A stretch of DNA of 64,000 nucleotides. Source: Candidatus Latescibacterota bacterium (GTDB lineage Bacteria > Latescibacterota > UBA2968 > UBA8231). This document shows, one piece after another, positions 1 to 8,819 of this stretch. Within the stretch, counting starts at the first letter, position 1, and each line of letters begins with the position of its first letter. The DNA is taken from assembly GCA_965204725.1 (NCBI GenBank), contig OZ242005.1:1120001-1184000 (forward strand). The letters run 5' to 3'. A model generated the notes under the pieces. The model was not told where the DNA came from and did no database searches. It was given only the letters and a program-made list of their open reading frames with translations. Both the position numbers and the translations under genes were made by a program.

Positions 1-3000
1 TACCGAGACAAGAATATTGAGCCTCGCGAGGGCGAAGCAATCGTCTTCGACGCTATCAGCACACAAGACATTGACGATCTATTCAAATCGGCCTGTTCTA
101 GCACCCCCGAGCAATTTGTCGGCATCGTTTCGCCAAGAGTGGTGCCGCAATATGAGATCATCCTTCGTCATTGGCGTCTTGGCGAGGCGCGATTCGTGTT
201 TTCCTGTAGACAGCGGAAGGCTGCTAGAGGCATCGAAATCTTTCGCAGGCGTTGTTCTGTCAGTGGGACCGCATCGTCCCTAGCCTCCAGTGTACAAGAA
301 GAAGCGGTCCGCCGTTTGCTCCCTCTGAGTGGGCACCTAAATCAGCGTATCGCTGATTTTTATCGAAGCCGAAACCGCTTTTTTGTTGAAGTATCTTGGC
401 CGATAGATGGACGCGGTAAACCGAGAACGGGAACCGGAAGATTCCGGTATCCTATTGGCTACCCTGACGGTTTACAGGCGCGAACAGGACACGGCGCATC
501 TTTCAATGCGCCCTTTGTATCGGACACAGAGCGACATGGCTTAGCACGGAATAATGAAACCAATAAGAAACTACGCGAAGACTGCGAGAAACTGCTGGCC
601 GACGTGCTCGCGCGCCATACCATCCCGCGCTGGGGACCTGATGGGCTCAACCCGCTAGTGCCAATCCCGAACTCCGACAATGAAGCTGAGGCAGTGCGAC
701 CGTTGCTAACAGCACTAGCTCGGCGTGGTGCCATGCCGACACTCAGGTGGAGAGCCGCGGCGGTCCGAGTACTTAAGAGCAAGAAACAGAAAGCTAGTGC
801 CAGAGCGGCTACTAAACAAAGGCCTAAGGAACCGCAGCAGTACCGTTTTGTTGTGCCGACTATGAGAAAATCGGAGGTGATTCACGCTTCTCTGTCTGTA
901 ATCTGTCCCCTCTCGGAAAGACAACTTGATCCACGAGTTCATCAGGACATCGTACGGCTTCTATCGGATGGATGTACAGACGGTTTTTGCGAGGACTTCA
1001 AAACTTTCGATGAAAAAGACGCACTAAGCAGGGCTAAGGGCGAAGGCAATAAGTACTTTGCCGTGTCCAATAACCTTGAGCGAGAATTCGCGCAGCCGCT
1101 CATCGCGTACTCCTATTTGGACGTGATTGAGGAGTCGATAGAGGAGGACAAGTGCAATGCGGGGGAAATTTCATCGTTGCAGGAGGCTCTGTTGCTTCCC
1201 GATGTACACGCCAAATCAGCACGATTCAAAGACTTACATGCCAGCGCACCCCTTCCTGCGGATATACCGGGCTTATGCCTGCCACCAATTTTGCATCAGG
1301 ATTTGGCGTCCCATCCGATCTTTCGGCGTACTAAATGGAAAAGGCCAAAGTACACGATGGAGAAGTTTCTAGGAGGTGGGGTGCTTCAGAATGCGGATGA
1401 GCAAATACGTAAACTGTTCTGGAAGTGGTTATGTCGGAACGAACACAGCATTGGGCCACGTGAACGCACCAAACTGGCTGACATAGAAATATGGCCAGAT
1501 GCTGACGGTAAACTCTGCAAGCTTTCGGCCCTCTGCGATGTGCGATCCCAGCGCATTGCAACAATTCTCGGTGATTCAATCCGCAGGCCACATGAGCATG
1601 TACGTCAATTAAGAAGGATAGTTTCTTTTGGTAAAAAACGCCGAACATCTATCCGTTGCTTCCCTTCGCAAGACGAAATTGCTGACTGGATCGAAAGACG
1701 CATAGCACCTCTTGTACCCGACGACACGCCGGACGCAGACACCATTGTCGCTCTACAATGCTTTGAAGCCGACTTGATGATTCTCCTGAAAAACCCAGTC
1801 ATCGCTCGTATGCTCAACGCGGCAGAAATGACTTTGCCGGCACTTGCGCAAGATGGCTCGATCCGACCACGAGAAGGGCTAGTCCTGCCGAGCAAGAATA
1901 TTGAGCGACTTGCATTGAGAAAACGGTTTCTGCTCAAGACCAATCGTCGTACTACCGCACTCAACAAGCTATCGCCGGCCCTGTCCGAGCCAACGGCGGC
2001 AATGCTCATCTGCACGTTAGACGAGGATCGTGAAAACTTCGGTGCCTTGCAGGCACGCCTTCGTCAGTTCATGGCGTTGACCCGACACTCGGATTGCTAT
2101 CGGGACCGACTTTCCAGTATGGAGATCCTCCCGGTTGGTGGCTGTCCTCGGTCTCCGAATGATTTGGCGTTCAAAAGTAAGAAGGGAGACTATTGGGGTA
2201 ACTGGAAAACCCAGATTTGGCCAACGGGTCTATCTCAAGACGATCAGCAACGTTACCGGGAGGCTGGTGTCACGTCAGCTTTCCCGACCAGTGAAACTAG
2301 CCGTGCCTTTTTTCAATGGCTATCGCAGCAGGATGAGGCGGTTCTGAGGAGTCATGTCAGTTGCGTACTTCGCCACATAGTACATCAAAACGGACCTGAG
2401 AGTTGGGCCGAAGTCTTTACGGACATACCATTCATCGTAGTGAAAAATAGCAGGGGCTTGCAGCTCGTACCTTTGCACACGGCGCGTCGCCGCCCGGTCT
2501 ATCTACCCGATGCAGAAAAAGAGATCGCTGACGCAGTGGTTGAGAATGATCCAGGTGTTTTGCTGGTCATAGACCGAGTCAAAGAAGTTTCCGAACCAAT
2601 CTCCGAGCCATTGCGGAGACTGGGTGTAAAATCGCTCCGTGAAAAAATCGGTGAACCTGAGCGAGTTGTCGGAAATGGCAACATCCAACAGGCTCCCCCC
2701 AAGGTCCTTCGCGGGGTTGCCGCTCTACTCCGCCCGAAGTTCCGCTGTACATTCCGCAAGCATATCGTTGAACTTGGCGTTGAATCCGATCTGTTATGGA
2801 ACGACTGGCATGACCGGCTGTCGCGCATTAAAGAGGTACGATTCGCTGACAGTGTTGAAGCGCACTACCGCTTTCGCCGCAAGCCATATCCCATCGCAGT
2901 TGACGCCGGATTTGATCCTGACTCCCGCATATTCTGGATCAAGGAAGGGTACGGACTGCGTAGCCTCTACGAAACCATTGCGAAGCAACTGGTCTTCAAG

Positions 3001-3780
3001 CCGACTGCAAAACCTATACATTTTATGGCTTTGCAGCGGGTACTAGAATTGGAGTCTCACGATCCGAGTTTCGGGTCCCCGGATCCCACGATTCTGGAGA
3101 ATGGGGAAAGCATCTTGGACGAAGAAACTCTCGATACAGATAGTGAATCCAGCGATAACGGCACTGGAGAGGCCAGACTCGGGCACTCTCCTTTTAAGCC
3201 TGATCCCCAGGGGAACGTTCCGAGACCTAGCCCTATCTCATCTACCTCAAGCGTAGCCTCGCCACCGGGCGAACACGGAGCGACTAATGGGAACAGCCCA
3301 AGTAAAGGCGGCAGCAACAACGAATCCGCACCGGAACTTGAGAAGAAGCATATCGGGGAATTGAAGCAGGATCATTATGCGAGTCACTGTCAGATGTGCC
3401 TTTGCAAACGGCCACCTCAAGAGCTTGCCCCGGTCGACAGCTATATTGAGTGGGAGGAAGTACGGCGGCATGTCGTAGAAGCCCATCATGTCGATCTAAA
3501 ATCAGCCGGCGGTGCTCGCCACGCCGGAAATCTAATCTTGTTATGCAAGTTACACCACAATAATTATGGTCGGCGGCTTACACGTATAGCGATAATCGAT
3601 GCTCTTCGGGGCCAGAAAAAAGACAAGGAGATTTGCTTTGGTGTAGGTGTGGTAAAGGGCCAATCCATAAAAATTGAGCTCCCGGATACAGATGAAGTCG
3701 TTGAAGTCTTTTTCACAAACGATCATGCCGATTATTGGCTTTCTGTTGGCGGAGCAGACGGTCTTGGCATCGATTCCTAA
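1..3780 (+). CDS. Partial (5'-truncated) large sacsin/NOV-like protein with C-terminal Zn-binding HNH endonuclease domain
   Basis: Frame 1 is open from base 1 (YRDKNIEPREGE...) into the 1213-aa ORF. 'FNAPFVSDTERHGL..NETN' resembles the segment that follows the GHKL domain in sacsin-like ATPases. C-terminal CQMC...VEAHHVDLKSAGGARHAGNLILLCKLHH is an HNH signature. GC is lower than in flanking metabolic genes. Confidence 0.6.
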   Translation, partial: YRDKNIEPREGEAIVFDAISTQDIDDLFKSACSSTPEQFVGIVSPRVVPQYEIILRHWRLGEARFVFSCRQRKAARGIEIFRRRCSVSGTASSLASSVQEEAVRRLLPLSGHLNQRIADFYRSRNRFFVEVSWPIDGRGKPRTGTGRFRYPIGYPDGLQARTGHGASFNAPFVSDTERHGLARNNETNKKLREDCEKLLADVLARHTIPRWGPDGLNPLVPIPNSDNEAEAVRPLLTALARRGAMPTLRWRAAAVRVLKSKKQKASARAATKQRPKEPQQYRFVVPTMRKSEVIHASLSVICPLSERQLDPRVHQDIVRLLSDGCTDGFCEDFKTFDEKDALSRAKGEGNKYFAVSNNLEREFAQPLIAYSYLDVIEESIEEDKCNAGEISSLQEALLLPDVHAKSARFKDLHASAPLPADIPGLCLPPILHQDLASHPIFRRTKWKRPKYTMEKFLGGGVLQNADEQIRKLFWKWLCRNEHSIGPRERTKLADIEIWPDADGKLCKLSALCDVRSQRIATILGDSIRRPHEHVRQLRRIVSFGKKRRTSIRCFPSQDEIADWIERRIAPLVPDDTPDADTIVALQCFEADLMILLKNPVIARMLNAAEMTLPALAQDGSIRPREGLVLPSKNIERLALRKRFLLKTNRRTTALNKLSPALSEPTAAMLICTLDEDRENFGALQARLRQFMALTRHSDCYRDRLSSMEILPVGGCPRSPNDLAFKSKKGDYWGNWKTQIWPTGLSQDDQQRYREAGVTSAFPTSETSRAFFQWLSQQDEAVLRSHVSCVLRHIVHQNGPESWAEVFTDIPFIVVKNSRGLQLVPLHTARRRPVYLPDAEKEIADAVVENDPGVLLVIDRVKEVSEPISEPLRRLGVKSLREKIGEPERVVGNGNIQQAPPKVLRGVAALLRPKFRCTFRKHIVELGVESDLLWNDWHDRLSRIKEVRFADSVEAHYRFRRKPYPIAVDAGFDPDSRIFWIKEGYGLRSLYETIAKQLVFKPTAKPIHFMALQRVLELESHDPSFGSPDPTILENGESILDEETLDTDSESSDNGTGEARLGHSPFKPDPQGNVPRPSPISSTSSVASPPGEHGATNGNSPSKGGSNNESAPELEKKHIGELKQDHYASHCQMCLCKRPPQELAPVDSYIEWEEVRRHVVEAHHVDLKSAGGARHAGNLILLCKLHHNNYGRRLTRIAIIDALRGQKKDKEICFGVGVVKGQSIKIELPDTDEVVEVFFTNDHADYWLSVGGADGLGIDS

Positions 3781-3800
3781 CGCGCTTGCGGCCCGAGTAG

Positions 3801-5051
3801 CTAGCAGACGAGGGTGTACTTTTTTTTGCCGCGGCGCACGATCCAGTATTTGCCGTGTAGGCCCTCTGGGCGTCGCATGATCCGCGCCAAGTCCGTGCAG
3901 CGCTCGCCGTTGATATAGATGGAGCCGTTTTGCACGTCTTGGCGGGCTTGGCGCTTGGAGGAAGAGACGCCGGCCGCGACGAGCAGATCAATTAGTCCGA
4001 GTTCCTCCCGATCCATCGCGTGCGTTGGCACGTCGCCAAAGCCTTCGAGGATTTCGTCCTCGGATAGGTCCTGAAAAGCCCCGTAAAAGAGTGCGTGCGA
4101 GATGCGTTCGGCGCGGTGTGCGGCGTCGGCTCCATGCACTAAGGTCGTTACTTGGGCTGCGAGGGTGCGCTGGGCTTCGCGCCGCTCGGGCCGGTCGCGG
4201 ACGGTTTCGGCGAGCTGGAGGATCGCGTCTTGCTCCAAGAAGGTGTACGTTTTCAGGTAATCGACGACCTTCAGGTCCTCGGCGTTGATCCAGAACTGGT
4301 AAAACTGATAGGCCGAGGTCTTAGCAGCGTCGAGCCAGATCGTGCCCGCTTCGGTCTTGCCGAATTTAGTGCCGTCTGCTTTGGTCACGAGCGGGCAAGT
4401 CAGGCCAAAGGCCCGGTTGCCGGCGCGGCGGCGGATCAGGTCGGTGCCAGCGGTGATATTGCCCCACTGATCCGAGCCGCCAGTCTGCAACTCGCAGCCG
4501 TATTCTCGATTGAGGACCCAGAAGTCATAAGCCTGTAGCACCATGTAGCTGAACTCGGTGTAGGAAATGCCCGCTTCCAAGCGCGAGGCGACCGAGTCCT
4601 TGGCTAGCATGTAGGATACTGGAAAGTGCTTGCCGACGTCGCGCATAAAGTCGATGGCCGCGAGTTGGCTGAGCCAGTCGTAGTTGTTGACCGCGATGGC
4701 AGGGTTGGGGCCATCGAACTCTAGGAAGCGCGATAGCTGGGCTTTGACCTGCTCAGTCCATGCGGCCACCACGTCGTCGGCATTGAGTTGGCGTTCCTCG
4801 GCCTTGCCGCTTGGATCGCCAATCAGGCCGGTGCCGCCGCCGGCTAGGGCAATGACCTTGTGACCGGCGAGTTGGAAGCGGCGCAGGAGCAGGATCGGCA
4901 CGAGGTTGCCTACCGTCAGGCTGTCAGCGGTTGGGTCGAAGCCGTTGTAGAGCGTGAGCGGACCGGCCGCGAGGCGCTCGGCGAGGCCATCGAGGTCGGT
5001 GGCTTGGTAAATCAAGCCGCGAAATTGCAGATCGGGTATGATGTTCATCAC
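3801..5051 (-). CDS. tyrS: Tyrosine--tRNA ligase
   Basis: YNGFDPTADSLTVGN (HIGH-like), QTGGSDQWGNI, KFGKT (KMSKS-like), C-terminal S4 domain ending RRGKK. Start is GTG 5051 or ATG 5048. Confidence 0.97.
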   Translation of the reverse strand: MMNIIPDLQFRGLIYQATDLDGLAERLAAGPLTLYNGFDPTADSLTVGNLVPILLLRRFQLAGHKVIALAGGGTGLIGDPSGKAEERQLNADDVVAAWTEQVKAQLSRFLEFDGPNPAIAVNNYDWLSQLAAIDFMRDVGKHFPVSYMLAKDSVASRLEAGISYTEFSYMVLQAYDFWVLNREYGCELQTGGSDQWGNITAGTDLIRRRAGNRAFGLTCPLVTKADGTKFGKTEAGTIWLDAAKTSAYQFYQFWINAEDLKVVDYLKTYTFLEQDAILQLAETVRDRPERREAQRTLAAQVTTLVHGADAAHRAERISHALFYGAFQDLSEDEILEGFGDVPTHAMDREELGLIDLLVAAGVSSSKRQARQDVQNGSIYINGERCTDLARIMRRPEGLHGKYWIVRRGKKKYTLVC

Positions 5052-5075
5052 AGGTCCTTAATTCCTTATGGGCAT

Positions 5076-5102
5076 AAAAAAAGCCCCTGTAATCAGGGGC
5101 TT
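5076..5102 (-). terminator. Intrinsic terminator (3:4 hairpin) of the tyrS leader/attenuator
   Basis: Minus strand AAGCCCCTG-ATTA-CAGGGGCTTTTTTT: GC stem with a U-tract, about 25 nt upstream of the tyrS start. Confidence 0.85.
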
Positions 5103-5134
5103 GTAAACGCGGTTGGGACGATAAAACGAGCGCA

Positions 5135-5197
5135 CTACCCCTCTGTGTGACGCGAATAATAGGGGTAGCGGCGATCAGGGCGTACGGTCTGCATCAT
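5135..5197 (-). CDS. Tyr-rich leader peptide of the tyrS attenuator (MMQTVRPDRRYPYYSRHTEG*)
   Basis: 20-codon ORF read directly from the minus strand, preceded by GGAGA (plus-strand 5202-5206). Contains TAC-CCC-TAT-TAT and overlaps alternative hairpin segments. Confidence 0.8.
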   Translation of the reverse strand: MMQTVRPDRRYPYYSRHTEG

Positions 5198-5213
5198 TCA
5201 TTCTCCGCACAAA

Positions 5214-5242
5214 AATATAGCCGCGCCCTCTATCCCAGTCAA
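5214..5242 (-). promoter_or_regulatory. Sigma70-type promoter for the tyrS leader
   Basis: Minus strand TTGACT-17 nt-TATATT immediately upstream of the leader RBS. Confidence 0.7.
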
Positions 5243-6495
5243 TCGCCCCGATAGCCCTGTGCGGCCCAGACTTTTCGGGCCAGCTTTTTCGCCTCGGCCG
5301 AAGGTTCGATTGCGCCCAAAAGACTGCTTGGCGGCTGCCCTTGCTTTTTGCGCTCGGGGTCGGGCGACCAGTCGTCTTGGGCGTATTTTCGGCGCACGGA
5401 CTCGCGGCGGAAATCGGGCACTTCCATCGGTGCCGAGTCGTTGAGCGCGGACCGCCACGCTTGAATCCCGGCGATGCTCATGTCGAGGCCGCGGTACACG
5501 TCGAGATAGGGTGGCTCGCCAGTGCGGATGGCCTCGGCAAAGTGGTAGCTGGTGAAAAAGTCGCCGCCGCCGTGGCCGGTGCGAGTGGCTTGGGCGCGAT
5601 GCACGGGGAAGTCGGGCTTGTACACCGTTTCGACCGGATCGCGCTCGCGCTTTTCCCACGGCTCGTACCACACGCGCAGCCGCTGTTTGTCGCCGTGGCG
5701 GCAGTTTTCCATCACCCCCTTGTTGCCGTGGATGCGGACGTAGTTGCCGTGGCCGCGCAACGCGCCGTGCAGCGACTTCATCACCGCGTCGTTGTCCATC
5801 CGGCAGATGATCACCGCGGCCGTGTCGCTGCGGTTCACGTGCAGCGTTTGGGTGGGATCGGCGAAATCATAAGGGATGACAAAGCCGTTTACTTTTACGG
5901 GCCGGGTGTCGGTGATGTATAGGACCGGGGCGATGGAATGGGTGCAGTAGTATGTGGCGGGGATCCAGTTGCGCCAGTGGTCGCGCCCGCAACTGCGCGC
6001 CAGCTTCACTTCGGCCGGGTCGGGATGGACGTACTCGCCCTCGCCGTATTTGAACTCGCCGACGCGGCCCTTTTGGTAGAGCCGCCTCATCTCCTGATTG
6101 AAGACCATGTAGGGATAGTTCTCGGCGAACATGTAAATCTGGCCGCTTTGCTCGACCGCTCGCGCCAGTGCCACGCCTTCGCCCAAGGTGTGGCAGGCCG
6201 CGGTCTCGCTCATTACGTGTTTGCCGGCGTTGAGTGCTTTGATGGCAAACGGGGCGTGCTGGTGGAAGTAGTTGGCGAGCACGACCGCGTCGAGGTCGCA
6301 GCCGAGAAATTCGTCGTAATCGACGAATGTCGGCACGTTGAGAGCCTTGCCCTCTGCAATGAGGCGTTCTTCCCAGATGTCGCAAATGGCGACTAGCTCC
6401 ATGCTGGTCGCAGCGGCGGCCTGCATGAAGGAGCGACCGCGACCGACGCCGACTACGCCGACTCGGATGGGATGTGGTTTGCCGCGTTTTTTCAT
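5239..6495 (-). CDS. Gfo/Idh/MocA family oxidoreductase
   Basis: N-terminal Rossmann motif VGVVGVGRG, AGKHVMSE, YGEGEY; typical length. Confidence 0.88.
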   Translation of the reverse strand: MKKRGKPHPIRVGVVGVGRGRSFMQAAAATSMELVAICDIWEERLIAEGKALNVPTFVDYDEFLGCDLDAVVLANYFHQHAPFAIKALNAGKHVMSETAACHTLGEGVALARAVEQSGQIYMFAENYPYMVFNQEMRRLYQKGRVGEFKYGEGEYVHPDPAEVKLARSCGRDHWRNWIPATYYCTHSIAPVLYITDTRPVKVNGFVIPYDFADPTQTLHVNRSDTAAVIICRMDNDAVMKSLHGALRGHGNYVRIHGNKGVMENCRHGDKQRLRVWYEPWEKRERDPVETVYKPDFPVHRAQATRTGHGGGDFFTSYHFAEAIRTGEPPYLDVYRGLDMSIAGIQAWRSALNDSAPMEVPDFRRESVRRKYAQDDWSPDPERKKQGQPPSSLLGAIEPSAEAKKLARKVWAAQGYRGD

Positions 6496-6510
6496 GGTTT
6501 AAGCCGATGT

Positions 6511-7149
6511 CTAAGGGGCCGCCTGTTCCTTCCCTGCGGCGGCATCCACGTACTCCTTCACCAAAAGAAGGTCTTCCATGGAGCCGCCCAACAGCAGCTC
6601 CAACGGCTCTCGTTCATCTAGCAAGGGGTGCCGTTCGCGCAGCCATTCGTTTTCAACTTCCAAATCGCGAAAGAGCGAGGACAGCGTCGCTCTGATATGA
6701 AAAAGATGGGCAATTCGATCTCGAATGTCTCGGCCGTGCAGGTCAGCAGCTCCTGCCAAAATCGCTCGCACGAGATTGTTGTCCGTCTGATCGAATCCCA
6801 GCAGGGGGACCGCATCGTCTCTGCTCAAATGCCAGTTCTCAAGCAATTTCAAGACGAACTGAATTGGTCCGCTGACCCGTTTCGGCGCAAAGACACTTAG
6901 TTTCCAACTCACAACGTCGGAACCGACATCTGACGAGTGAACTGCGATAAGTCCCAACGTTGACTTATATGCAGACGAACCGCTAGCGAAGGAAGGAAAG
7001 GCAGGTCTCGGCTTCCACTGATAAAAGTGGCTCGCATGTAAACCAGCCCCGACTTTGGACGGTCCATCATAGCCGGAGTTTCGCATTAAGAGGGAGTCAT
7101 TAGCTCCTTCTCCAAGAGCCGGTCCTAATAGTTCTGTTGCAGTCGTCAT
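6511..7149 (-). CDS. Xre/MbcA/ParS-type antitoxin C-terminal domain protein (no adjacent toxin)
   Basis: C-terminal LSSLF....ENEWLRERHPLLDEREPLELLLGGSMEDLLLVKEYVD matches the MbcA/ParS toxin-binding domain. Probable ATG at 7149 (ORF open to 7194). Confidence 0.65.
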   Translation of the reverse strand: MTTATELLGPALGEGANDSLLMRNSGYDGPSKVGAGLHASHFYQWKPRPAFPSFASGSSAYKSTLGLIAVHSSDVGSDVVSWKLSVFAPKRVSGPIQFVLKLLENWHLSRDDAVPLLGFDQTDNNLVRAILAGAADLHGRDIRDRIAHLFHIRATLSSLFRDLEVENEWLRERHPLLDEREPLELLLGGSMEDLLLVKEYVDAAAGKEQAAP

Positions 7150-7309
7150 GTTAGTTCCACCTGAATCCGCGACAGTATCCCGCCTATCAGACAATACTGT
7201 TCCAACTTCCTAATCGATATACGTCTAATAAGACTGTAATTGATACTCTGTCAATCTACCCCGACCCGCTAACGACGGATCGAGTACGTTCAGGCGGCGA
7301 TAGGGGCAC

Positions 7310-8653
7310 CTAAAACGTCGAGGGTTTGGGCGTTGCTGGGGGCCAGTAGCCGTCGGGATCTTCGTCCCACGCTGCGCCGCACATCCGCGAGATAACCGCC
7401 CATTCCGCTGCGGTCAGGTGGGCGTGGTTGTGGAAGAGGAAGCGTTGCAGCCCGGCCGCTTCCGACGCTTGGAGAATGTGGAAGAGGTCGCCGGCGGTCA
7501 TGGGGTCGCCGCCGTGGGGCATGCGCCCGGTATCGACCCAAGGTAGAATTTTTTGCGGGTCGCCGACCGCGGCCATGGCGCGGCGCGTCTCTTCCTGTAC
7601 CACCTCGTTGAAAAACGCCGGTGGAAACCCCAACTCCAAGTCGGCGAGGCACTCCACCTCGGGCAGGCGGACGCCGAGCCAAGCGCGGACGACGGTCCAG
7701 CACTGGGCCTCGCTCAACGCTGGATTCCATTCCCCAATCTGCCGCACCCAACGGGCGATTGTGCCGTATAGGCCGTCGAAGCCGCGATGCCAGAAGTAGT
7801 GCTTGACCAAGAGCAAATCCACGATTTGGCCCCAAGCGCAGAAGTCGAGTGCGGTCATGCCGGAAAACACGGCCGAGCGCGGGCCGTTGCCCAACAGCAG
7901 GGGGCGCGGCAACTCGTTGAGGGCTTGGCGGAAGGCGCGTCCTTGGCGGATGCTGTCTTCGCGTCGCCAGCGCAGCCAATAGAGCGCGTCCTCGTTGATG
8001 TCGAAAAGGTTCATCTCCGAGAGCACGCCGTAGGCGCCGTAGTAATCTACTTCGGCGGGCGTGAAGGACTGGAAGCGCCGGTGCAAGTGCTGGCGGCCCC
8101 GATCGAGCCGCGCCGCGTCGTAGCCTCTGGCCGTTGCCTCTTGGCGCTGGCCGTCGCTGAGCGGGCGGAAAACCGCATTGCCGTGGTGATACGTTAGCTC
8201 GTAGGCCGACTCGGTCCAGCCATCGACAATGCCGCCATCGGCTTCGGGGAACGCCGCGAAGATGTCCTCCCAAGCCGCAGCGCGTAGCTCGGTGCCGTAG
8301 GGATCGTCCGCCAACGGCAATCCCTCGGCGGCAATGGCGCCAGAGGCCGGCGCGAAGATCATCAGGGTCCAGCCGCGATCTTTGGCGTTGGCCAGCATGG
8401 CATGTAGCCGCTTTTCTTTGGCAGGTTGCAGGGGCACATCGCGCCGGTGGGCTTTGAGGCCGCGCTTTTGGTAGGGCGCGAGATCGCCCTTGAACGCGGG
8501 TATGGTGTACTGGCCCTGCTCGTCGGCAAACAGCAGGCGGCCAAAGACTAGGCCGCGGATGCCGCCTTGTTCCCAAGCGTCGAAGATGCACTCGTAGTCG
8601 GACAGGACCGTCTCTAAGGGCTGGCCGATGCGAATCCAAGGGGTCAGAGCCAT
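7310..8653 (-). CDS. Conserved hypothetical protein (possible TIM-barrel fold)
   Basis: Host-like codon usage; GGAGA RBS before ATG (MALTPW...); no family recognised. Confidence 0.7.
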   Translation of the reverse strand: MALTPWIRIGQPLETVLSDYECIFDAWEQGGIRGLVFGRLLFADEQGQYTIPAFKGDLAPYQKRGLKAHRRDVPLQPAKEKRLHAMLANAKDRGWTLMIFAPASGAIAAEGLPLADDPYGTELRAAAWEDIFAAFPEADGGIVDGWTESAYELTYHHGNAVFRPLSDGQRQEATARGYDAARLDRGRQHLHRRFQSFTPAEVDYYGAYGVLSEMNLFDINEDALYWLRWRREDSIRQGRAFRQALNELPRPLLLGNGPRSAVFSGMTALDFCAWGQIVDLLLVKHYFWHRGFDGLYGTIARWVRQIGEWNPALSEAQCWTVVRAWLGVRLPEVECLADLELGFPPAFFNEVVQEETRRAMAAVGDPQKILPWVDTGRMPHGGDPMTAGDLFHILQASEAAGLQRFLFHNHAHLTAAEWAVISRMCGAAWDEDPDGYWPPATPKPSTF

Positions 8654-8819
8654 GGCGTGTTCTCCCGTTGATGGGCAGGGCAATATATCGCGTGGGTGGG
8701 GCGGCGTCCATTTCCTTGCGGCCTTGTAGCTTTTCGGCTACGCTGTTTCCATGCCGGAGGCGGCCTTCGGTAGCCGCAGTCCGCGATCCCGCAGCCATCT
8801 AAACAAGGAGATAAGCATA

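Noticed and set aside
5175-5201. Alternative short leader ORF MNDADRTP* on the minus strand
   Set aside because: Its ATG abuts the GGAGA RBS (too close) and it contains no Tyr codons.
5076-5210. T-box riboswitch upstream of tyrS
   Set aside because: Only AACCGCG resembles the T-box. The UGG bulge is missing and the leader is short; the uORF attenuator explains the region better.
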